64,000 bases of DNA from an uncultured Gemmatimonadota bacterium. Lineage in GTDB: Bacteria; Gemmatimonadota; CAZMKB01. Position 1 is the first letter of the stretch. Each line of letters starts with the position of its first letter. The notes under the pieces were generated by a model that saw nothing but the letters and a program-made list of their open reading frames with translations, searched no databases and was not told where the DNA came from. The stretch is taken from NCBI GenBank assembly GCA_964654825.1, contig CAZZKG010000003.1, positions 26,531 through 90,530 of the forward strand, given 5' to 3'. A program made the position numbers and the translations under genes. This document shows, piece after piece, positions 57,185 through 64,000 of the stretch.

Positions 57185-58360
57185 ATGAACATCAAGAAAA
57201 CTAGTATTTTCGCGGGTGTCACTGTCCTGCTGCTCGTGATCTCGCTGCCGGTGATGCTCCTGGCGCAGAGAAGCCGGGATTCGTTCAGGGGGGCGAAGAT
57301 TCACATCGGAGGGGTCAATCCCGACCTCCGGGCTCCCAATCTGCTGCCGCCCGGTGAGGGGCCGTATCACAACGGTGAGACCCTCGTCTGCACCGATTGC
57401 CACGTCATGCACGCCAGCATGCAGCATAATTACGCCGGCGGCACCGGGCCAGAGGGTGGAGTCGACGGGTTTCCATGGGAACCTGATCCCGCACCCACAC
57501 TGCTCAAAGCGCCTGATCCGCTCGATCTCTGTCTGGTGTGTCACGACGGAGTGACGGGGATTCCCGATGTCGTCGGGGAGGATGTCAATGGCCTTGTTCA
57601 GCGTGCCGGTGGATTTTTCGATGAACCCGAAGTCGAAACACCGAACGGACATGACCTCGGCAGAGATCTGCCGGATGGCTGGGAGTTCTGTATGCGATGC
57701 CACTGGGGTGATCCCGAGGACCAGAAAGTGACCTGTATCGACTGTCACAACCCTCACGGAAACGGGAACCCGCGCAACCTCCAGTGGGCGTCTGATCCCG
57801 ATGCGACACCTCCGGTCGGCCTGTTTGTCGATCCTGCAGCGGGTGATATGGACAGGTATGAAAGGTCGAGGGTGTCATACGGTACACTCAACTCGGAATC
57901 ACTGAGGGAAGTCACAAACATCTGCCTGGACTGTCACCACATATTTTCGGGAGGTACATACATCGATCCCGACGGTGATGGGATCCATTCCAGACACCCG
58001 ACATACGACAGTGAGCGAAGTTCGCCCAACAATATCCAGCAGGGTGAGGCCCGGGGCTCGACCAATCCTGATCACTGGGAAGACGGATCTGGATCCGGTT
58101 TCGACGGTACAGAGAGAGTGAAGTTCGTAGTCAGCGGGGCATCCGACTATGATGCTGCCCTCGTTGTCGACGCGTCGACGAACGGTGTGTTCTGTCTGTC
58201 GTGCCATTACGTGCACGGTTCGACCGAACCGTTCGCGCTCACCTGGCCGATCGAGGATGTGGTGAACTATGTCGGTTGTGACCAGTGTCACTACCTCGCT
58301 CAGGTTGATGAGATTCCGTTGAGCGGAGTTGTCAACAGGAGAGGATTTCAGACTCGATAA
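57185..58360 (+). CDS. multiheme c-type cytochrome (7 CxxCH)
   Basis: GGAGAG RBS. Signal peptide (MNIKKTSIFAGVTVLLLVISLPVMLLA). Seven CxxCH motifs. N-terminal CTDCHVMHAS...LCLVCHDG module shared with the 6- and 12-haem proteins. Confidence 0.85.
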   Translation: MNIKKTSIFAGVTVLLLVISLPVMLLAQRSRDSFRGAKIHIGGVNPDLRAPNLLPPGEGPYHNGETLVCTDCHVMHASMQHNYAGGTGPEGGVDGFPWEPDPAPTLLKAPDPLDLCLVCHDGVTGIPDVVGEDVNGLVQRAGGFFDEPEVETPNGHDLGRDLPDGWEFCMRCHWGDPEDQKVTCIDCHNPHGNGNPRNLQWASDPDATPPVGLFVDPAAGDMDRYERSRVSYGTLNSESLREVTNICLDCHHIFSGGTYIDPDGDGIHSRHPTYDSERSSPNNIQQGEARGSTNPDHWEDGSGSGFDGTERVKFVVSGASDYDAALVVDASTNGVFCLSCHYVHGSTEPFALTWPIEDVVNYVGCDQCHYLAQVDEIPLSGVVNRRGFQTR

Positions 58361-58531
58361 CTCGAGAAAAATCTGCCGGAAATCCGCATCCATCTGCCGA
58401 AGAAGGATGATATTGCGGAGAGTTGGGAAGGAGGATATATTTAGGGCGATTTTGGCTTAAGTGTAATTCATGGGTAGGGAGGCGTGCTTCACTCTCTCTC
58501 TAAACACGCACTCTTCACCGTGGGAGGTAGT

Positions 58532-59077
58532 ATGAAGAAGAGTCTACTTGTTTTCCTGGCAGCGGGATTTGTCGCTGCTATGTTTCTCTCTCAAAGTGTC
58601 GCCAGCGCAGCCCAGTACGTCGGTACGAAAAAATGCAGGATGTGTCACATGTCCAAATCCAAGGGTGCTCAGTTTTCCGTCTGGGAGGGAAGCCGGCATG
58701 CCGGTGCATATCAGACCCTGACCTCGGATAAAGCGAAAGAAATCTACGCGAAAGCGGTTCCCGATGGTACCGGGAATCCGGCGGAATCGGATGAGTGTCT
58801 CGCATGTCACTCGACGGGATTCGGGAAGGCCGCGGAGCTCTTCGCGGGCACATTCGACAAGACCGAAGGGGTTGGTTGCGAAGCATGTCATGGACCCGGG
58901 AGTGATTATCAGAAGATGATCGTCATGAAAGACAAGGAGAAAGCGGTCGCGGCGGGGTTGAATATTCCGACCGAAGAAACCTGCAAGGGATGTCACAACG
59001 AAAAGAGCCCGACTTACAAGGAATTCGCGTTCGACACGTATTTTGCAAAGATCGCGCACCCGATTCCTGCGAAATAA
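58532..59077 (+). CDS. tetrahaem c-type cytochrome (periplasmic, c554/c3-like)
   Basis: GGGAGG RBS. Signal peptide. CRMCH, CLACH, CEACH and CKGCH motifs. Confidence 0.8.
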   Translation: MKKSLLVFLAAGFVAAMFLSQSVASAAQYVGTKKCRMCHMSKSKGAQFSVWEGSRHAGAYQTLTSDKAKEIYAKAVPDGTGNPAESDECLACHSTGFGKAAELFAGTFDKTEGVGCEACHGPGSDYQKMIVMKDKEKAVAAGLNIPTEETCKGCHNEKSPTYKEFAFDTYFAKIAHPIPAK

Positions 59078-59109
59078 CGTCATAGAGAAGTTGTCATCCA
59101 GACGAGAAA

Positions 59110-59142
59110 GCCCTTCACCGGTTCAGTGAGGGGCTTTTTTCA
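59110..59142. terminator. bidirectional rho-independent terminator between the cytochrome gene (+) and mobB (-)
   Basis: AAGCCCTTCAC pairs with GTGAGGGGCTT around a 7-nt loop, followed by TTTTTT. Confidence 0.6.
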
Positions 59143-59177
59143 GTTGTGCGCCCGGCAGTGCGTGCTTGCCGGGAGTT

Positions 59178-59858
59178 TTACTCGTCTGTCTCCGAGGCTT
59201 CTTCTCCGGCGGCCGTGTCCACCAGTATTTCGATCTTCCCGGGGGCATGGCACCCTTTCAGGGCGCTGATCATCCCGACGATCGCGTTGGTGAGGATGTC
59301 CTTCACGAATCCCTTGAGGCCGATTTTTTTTCCGTCAACTCGGACTTCTATGTCCATTTTCGTTCCTCCCTTTCTCTTGAGGAGCTTTCTATCGATAAAA
59401 GTCACGAGACCTTCGATATCGTCGGGTTCAAAGTCAGGGGTGTTTTCCGCGGGTGATCCTCTACCCACAGTCGCGATGAGCCCCCTCCGGTTGAAATCCG
59501 GCTCGTCTTCCTCTCCCGAGAGGTAGATCTTTTTGAGCGGTGAATGTTTAAATCCCTCGAGCAGGACCAGGTCCAGATCGTTCATGCACAGCTCGGCGAG
59601 GTACTGCGGTTTAAGGTTGAGATCGGTTGAGAAATGGGGCAGCGCGGCGCCTTCCGGCCCGACGAGCATGACACGGGAAGCCCCCGATTCGCGGAACCGC
59701 CACGTGTCCGTCCCGGAAGTGTCGAGATCGATCTTGTGGTGTGAGCTCTTGATCACTCCGACCCTCACACCCCGGGCGATGAAAACTTCGACGAGGCGGG
59801 TTATGAGGCGTGTCTTTCCACTTTTTTTCGTGCCGACGATGGCCAGCATCTTGACCAT
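59178..59858 (-). CDS. mobB: molybdopterin-guanine dinucleotide biosynthesis protein MobB-like P-loop protein with C-terminal extension
   Basis: MLAIVGTKKSGKTRLITRL Walker A. MobB-like GVIKSSHHKIDLDTSGTDTWRF. About 90 extra C-terminal residues. Confidence 0.7.
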   Translation of the reverse strand: MVKMLAIVGTKKSGKTRLITRLVEVFIARGVRVGVIKSSHHKIDLDTSGTDTWRFRESGASRVMLVGPEGAALPHFSTDLNLKPQYLAELCMNDLDLVLLEGFKHSPLKKIYLSGEEDEPDFNRRGLIATVGRGSPAENTPDFEPDDIEGLVTFIDRKLLKRKGGTKMDIEVRVDGKKIGLKGFVKDILTNAIVGMISALKGCHAPGKIEILVDTAAGEEASETDE

Positions 59859-60040
59859 AGGATATCCTCCCGTGATATAAATATACGTTCGTTTCTCTCA
59901 ATTTCAACAGGATTGGGATAATGGGCAAGGAGTGTAGTAAGTACAACTCTAAGATAAAGAGAAACACCTCCACTGCTGTTGAACGTCTTGACACTCATCC
60001 GGCGGCGGGCTAGTTTAATCTCAGCAGGAGTCCGGTATAC

Positions 60041-61198
60041 ATGGATAATGGAACAAACAGGGAACCCGATGTTCGAAAATTAACATCGGTCACCGTCATC
60101 GTATTTCTCATCGTTATCATCACCGTCCTCCACTACACAACACCTACAGCCCTGCCGATAAGGCACGATATCTACTACCGTCTATACTACATTCCTATCA
60201 TCCTCGCTGCATTCACCTTCGGGCTCGCCGGGGGTGTCATCTCAGGAGTAGTGATCAGCATCGTCATTTTTCCTCATATCCTTATCGACTGGGGCGGCCT
60301 GATGCTCCGGAACCTCAATATGATCATCGAGGTTGTTCTGTACAACATCGTGGGTCTTCTGACCGGCTTCCTCGTCTCATCGGAACGAAAGAGGCGCATC
60401 GAGCTGGAACTCGCCCAGAGCCGGTTACAGGAATCCTTCAAGGAACTCGAGGAGAGAGGAGAAAGGCTTCTGCAGGTCGAGGAAAGTCTGCGTGCTCATG
60501 AGAAACTGGCACTCCTGGGGGAGATGGCGGCGATAATGGCACATGAAGTGAGAAATCCTCTTGGCTCAATTCAGGGTGCGGCCGAACTCCTCACTCACCG
60601 GTCCCGGGATGATGAAGAGGCGAAAAAGTACTCCTCAATCCTCATCGATGAAGTCAGGAGACTCAACGGTGTCGTCACCGGCTTCATCGACTCGGCGAGA
60701 AAGAATGAGAGTATTCGAGAGAGGGTTGACGTCAGCGGAGTCCTCCGTGATGTCGTCTATCTATATTCCCGGTCTGCGCTGAAGAAAGGCGTCAGAGTGA
60801 AGGAGTGGTACCAGGATGGGCTCCCAGCTGTTCTCGCGAACGAGGACATGCTGAGACAGGTGTTCATCAACATTCTTCTGAATGCCGTGGAGGCGGTGAC
60901 CGGAAGTGGTGAGGTCTCTGTCAGTGCGAGTTCGAGCCTCACAGGAGTCCGGGTCGTGTTTCACGACACCGGCAAGGGGATTCCAGCGGATATACAGGAG
61001 AAGATCTTTGATCTTTTCTACACCACGAGGGAGGGGGGGACGGGGTTCGGTCTGGCTATTTCCAGAAGGATCGTCGAAGAACACGGCGGGCGTATAGAGA
61101 TCCGGAGTACTCCGGGCGAAGGGACCGAAGTGATCATAGAACTCCCCGCATGGAATGGAGACAAGTGCAGTGAAGACGCAAGTGATACTCATCGATGA
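60041..61198 (+). CDS. membrane sensor histidine kinase
   Basis: About 4 N-terminal TM helices. H-box MAHEVRNPLGSIQG. HATPase_c (DTGKGIPAD...GTGFGLAISRRIVEEHGG). Confidence 0.8.
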   Translation: MDNGTNREPDVRKLTSVTVIVFLIVIITVLHYTTPTALPIRHDIYYRLYYIPIILAAFTFGLAGGVISGVVISIVIFPHILIDWGGLMLRNLNMIIEVVLYNIVGLLTGFLVSSERKRRIELELAQSRLQESFKELEERGERLLQVEESLRAHEKLALLGEMAAIMAHEVRNPLGSIQGAAELLTHRSRDDEEAKKYSSILIDEVRRLNGVVTGFIDSARKNESIRERVDVSGVLRDVVYLYSRSALKKGVRVKEWYQDGLPAVLANEDMLRQVFINILLNAVEAVTGSGEVSVSASSSLTGVRVVFHDTGKGIPADIQEKIFDLFYTTREGGTGFGLAISRRIVEEHGGRIEIRSTPGEGTEVIIELPAWNGDKCSEDASDTHR

Positions 61199-62564
61199 TG
61201 ACAGGAACCTGAACGAGATACTGTCCGCTCATCTGAGAGACGGCGACTATGAGGTGTACTCCTTCACCAATCCGATTGAGGGAATGAAGCAGTTGAGAAC
61301 GGACGGGTACTCTCTTGTCATAAGTGACATGAAAATGGAACCGGTGGATGGCCTTACGGTTCTCGCCGAAGCGAAAAGAATCAATCCCGATGTACCGGTG
61401 ATCATGATCACCGGGCACGCCACGGTAAAGAACGCCGTGCAATCCATGAAACTCGGGGCTTACGACTACATCACCAAGCCGTTTTCGCGGGAGGAATTCC
61501 TCCACATCGTGGGAAACGCCGTCGATCACTTCAACCTCAGAGAGGAGAACCGGCGTCTCAGGCGGGACCTTTCGGGCCGCTATGATTTTTCTTCGATTGT
61601 CGGGAGAAGCGCTGCCCTCACGAAGGTCTTCAGTCTGATGGAGAAAGCGCTCGACAATAACGTCACCGTTCTCATCACCGGCGAGAGCGGCACAGGCAAG
61701 GAGCTCGTCGCGAGAGCGATCCATTACAACGGCATCAGAAAGCACATGCCGTTCATCGTCGTTAACTGTGCCTCCATCCCCGACACTCTGATCGAGTCCG
61801 AACTCTTCGGCCACGTGAGGGGCGCCTTCACAGGAGCACTTAAGGACAGAAAGGGAAAGTTCCAGACAGCCGACGGGGGGACCATATTCCTCGACGAGAT
61901 CGGGGATCTCAAGCTCGATCTCCAGGCAAAGCTTCTGAGGGTCCTGCAGGAAGGCGAATTTGAGCGGCTCGGTGAGGGAAAGCCGGTGCAGGTGGATGTT
62001 CGGGTGATCGCCGCGACGAACAGGCATATCGAGGAGATGGAAAAAACGGGGACTTTCCGTGAAGATCTGTACTACCGGGTATCTGTGTTCCCGATACAGC
62101 TCCCCCCGCTCAGAGAGAGAAGAGACGACATCCCCCTCCTAACGGACTTTTTTTTGAAGAAGTATTCCAGCGGGGACACCGCTCCCCGGATCGACAGGGA
62201 AACCGAGGAAGTACTCTCCCGTTATGACTGGCCGGGAAATGTCAGAGAACTCGAAAATGTGATCGAACGTTCACTCATCCTTTCCAGGGGAGAGGCGATC
62301 GGTGTCGCTCACCTCCCGGAGAAGCTCACGGAATCGAAGCTCTGGTGTGCGAACCTGTTCGAAATACCGGAGGGAGGGGTCGAGCTCGAAGAACTCGAAA
62401 AAAGCCTCATCCTCCAGGCTCTCCACAAGACTGGCGGGAACAGATCCCGAGCCGCTCGTCTCCTCGGCCTCTCACGGCCGACTCTCCTCTACCGCCTGGA
62501 AAAATACGACCTGGTGGGGGAGGAGAAGATGAAGAAAGGGCCGTCGGGAGACCCGGCAGTCTGA
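61155..62564 (+). CDS. sigma-54-dependent response regulator (NtrC family), second copy
   Basis: Receiver (VILIDDD, SLVISDMKMEPVDG). Walker A GESGTGKELVA. GAFTGA. C-terminal HTH. Confidence 0.9.
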   Translation: METSAVKTQVILIDDDRNLNEILSAHLRDGDYEVYSFTNPIEGMKQLRTDGYSLVISDMKMEPVDGLTVLAEAKRINPDVPVIMITGHATVKNAVQSMKLGAYDYITKPFSREEFLHIVGNAVDHFNLREENRRLRRDLSGRYDFSSIVGRSAALTKVFSLMEKALDNNVTVLITGESGTGKELVARAIHYNGIRKHMPFIVVNCASIPDTLIESELFGHVRGAFTGALKDRKGKFQTADGGTIFLDEIGDLKLDLQAKLLRVLQEGEFERLGEGKPVQVDVRVIAATNRHIEEMEKTGTFREDLYYRVSVFPIQLPPLRERRDDIPLLTDFFLKKYSSGDTAPRIDRETEEVLSRYDWPGNVRELENVIERSLILSRGEAIGVAHLPEKLTESKLWCANLFEIPEGGVELEELEKSLILQALHKTGGNRSRAARLLGLSRPTLLYRLEKYDLVGEEKMKKGPSGDPAV

Positions 62565-62826
62565 CATTTCACCTCTGCCTCTCTCATCTTTCCTGTGAAT
62601 GCCGCCATCACCGGTTCAAGTCAAAATCTTGAAACAGAACTTCCGTCTGGGAACACATCTTCGTCCGAGCTGTACCGAGACACCGGCAAATCTTTGACGG
62701 GATGGTCATCCAGGCCGGAGATCTGAAGTAGAAACAGGCACCGTCCCGAGGTTCAGACTGTGGTTGAAAAACAGCAAAGCAGTTGGTATATTCTCATCAG
62801 CTCCGTGGATTCACCAGGATATAATT

Positions 62827-63960
62827 ATGAAGGGTTGCACTGAGACAGATGCCTTCGTCGTAGGACTCGGGCCGGCGGGATCGACCTGCGCGTGGCTTCT
62901 TGCGATCATGGGGCTCTCGGTCATCGGCATCGATCGCAGCGGTTTCCCACGGATCAAGCCGTGCGGCGGCTGTATCAGCGACAGGTTGAGGAAAATGATG
63001 GGACCGGCGGTCGAAGATGCAGTGGAGAGGGAGTACTATGGATCAGTACTCGTTTATAGAGACGGGGAGGAACTTGCTTTCAGGTCGGATTCACCCGTGG
63101 CCTATGGTATCGGCAGGGAAGTCCTCGATTCTCTATTACTCGGCCGGGCACGCAGAGCCGGTGTCGAAGTAAACCTCGGCGAACGTTTTCTGACGGCTGT
63201 AGTTGAAGAAAATTTTATCGAAGTTCGCACAAATGAAAGATCGTACCGTGTACGATACCTGGTGGGAGCCGACGGAGCGGGCGGGACCGTGTCGAGAATG
63301 GTGCGAGGTGAAGCGCCCGCCATGATTGCCTACGACGTGAGGATCGACGGGTGGCCGTTCGACAGTCCCCGGGATATGCTGAGGATCTATTTCGGGAGCG
63401 TACCGGGAGGTTACGGCTGGGCGTTTCCGAAAAACGGATACACCTCCTTGGGCATCGTCACATCCACGGTAAAGGGTGCAAAGACCCGTGATCTCCTCGA
63501 CGGGTTCCTCCGTGAGACGATAGGTCTGGACCGCACAGGATCGGTTGAGGTGAGAGGCGGCCTGATCCCCCTTCACCGGAAGGGGAAGCTGCACAGATTA
63601 TCACTTAAACGGATAGTTCTAGTGGGGGATTCCGGTGGTTTCGTCGATCCGTTCCTCGCCGAAGGGATTTCGTATGCGGTGCAAAGTGCCATGCTTGCGG
63701 CGCCGATCATCGTGAGTGCCTGTGAACGGGGAGATGGGGACTTGAGTCTGTATGATACGGCAGCCAGAGATGTTTTTTATACTGCATTCGATTCCGCAGG
63801 TACACTGGCGAGATATGTCTACACTTTTCCGAGATTGTCATTCCTCGTTATGAAGAAAAAAAAAGAGATAGCCGGAGATCTCTTTCAGCTCATACGGGGT
63901 AATACTGTATATCAGGAATTCATCGGCCGGTTCAAAGCTTCGATCGGTTCGATTCTCTGA
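62827..63960 (+). CDS. geranylgeranyl reductase-family FAD-dependent oxidoreductase
   Basis: FAD-binding GxGxxG (DAFVVGLGPAGSTCA). Family-typical KPCGGCIS motif. Later GDSGGFVDPFLAEGI. ATG at 62827 preferred over 62764. Confidence 0.7.
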   Translation: MKGCTETDAFVVGLGPAGSTCAWLLAIMGLSVIGIDRSGFPRIKPCGGCISDRLRKMMGPAVEDAVEREYYGSVLVYRDGEELAFRSDSPVAYGIGREVLDSLLLGRARRAGVEVNLGERFLTAVVEENFIEVRTNERSYRVRYLVGADGAGGTVSRMVRGEAPAMIAYDVRIDGWPFDSPRDMLRIYFGSVPGGYGWAFPKNGYTSLGIVTSTVKGAKTRDLLDGFLRETIGLDRTGSVEVRGGLIPLHRKGKLHRLSLKRIVLVGDSGGFVDPFLAEGISYAVQSAMLAAPIIVSACERGDGDLSLYDTAARDVFYTAFDSAGTLARYVYTFPRLSFLVMKKKKEIAGDLFQLIRGNTVYQEFIGRFKASIGSIL

Positions 63961-64000
63961 GAGGGGAGGATGTTTTGAATCATATCGACAGGGACGAATT

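Noticed and set aside
61134-62027. 297-aa ORF antisense to the second NtrC-type regulator
   Set aside because: Same reasoning. No motifs.
1-64000. Scanned for CRISPR arrays, rRNA, tRNA cloverleaf candidates in intergenic gaps, IS elements and integrases
   Set aside because: I found no regularly spaced direct repeats, no tRNA-like acceptor stem/T-loop sequences in the larger gaps (1153-1459, 20976-21569, 32610-33067, 62564-62827), and no transposase or integrase motifs. A covariance-model scan (tRNAscan/Infernal) would be needed to be certain.

Overview
This 64 kb window is a densely coded, high-GC chromosomal segment, apart from one AT-rich patch, and is almost certainly bacterial. A T9SS-type C-terminal sorting domain and a GWxTD protein hint at an FCB-group-like anaerobe. 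I found no rRNA, tRNA, CRISPR array, transposase or integrase. The left 20 kb carries housekeeping and proteolysis genes. These are a sigma-70-family sigma factor, a Pal-like OmpA lipoprotein, two glgC paralogs, UspA, DegP/HtrA, an M20 peptidase, an OPT oligopeptide transporter, alanine, leucine and glutamate dehydrogenases, and an S8 protease. The middle is an accessory-looking stretch of secreted proteins. It holds a T9SS-CTD protein, an AT-rich island with a tail-fibre-like repeat protein, TerC and a parallel beta-helix protein. It also holds an internally duplicated Cys/His-motif protein translationally coupled to a CC/CPGC-motif protein. A minus-strand sulfotransferase plus three GT4 glycosyltransferases sit beside a divergently transcribed glycoside-hydrolase-like protein. 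A roughly 1000-aa PEP-utilising-like protein carries pseudo-receiver domains. The most striking content is at 39.8-62.6 kb. A PAS/GAF histidine kinase and an NtrC-type sigma-54 activator are followed by two textbook sigma-54 promoters (TGGCAC-N5-TTGCT), a receiver-like protein, three NHL beta-propeller proteins and five multiheme c-type cytochromes. The cytochromes carry 6, 12, about 42, 7 and 4 CxxCH motifs, about 71 haem sites in roughly 15 kb, and three of them share an N-terminal module. Between them sit a putative beta-barrel outer-membrane protein ending in Phe, two paralogous LpoB/TolB-N-like lipoproteins and a small secreted protein. A second histidine kinase / NtrC pair follows, so the cluster is bracketed by two NtrC-type two-component systems. 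I read the whole cluster as a candidate sigma-54-regulated porin-cytochrome extracellular or periplasmic electron-transfer module of unusual composition. All calls rest on motif recognition by eye, so the predicted gene starts need confirmation.
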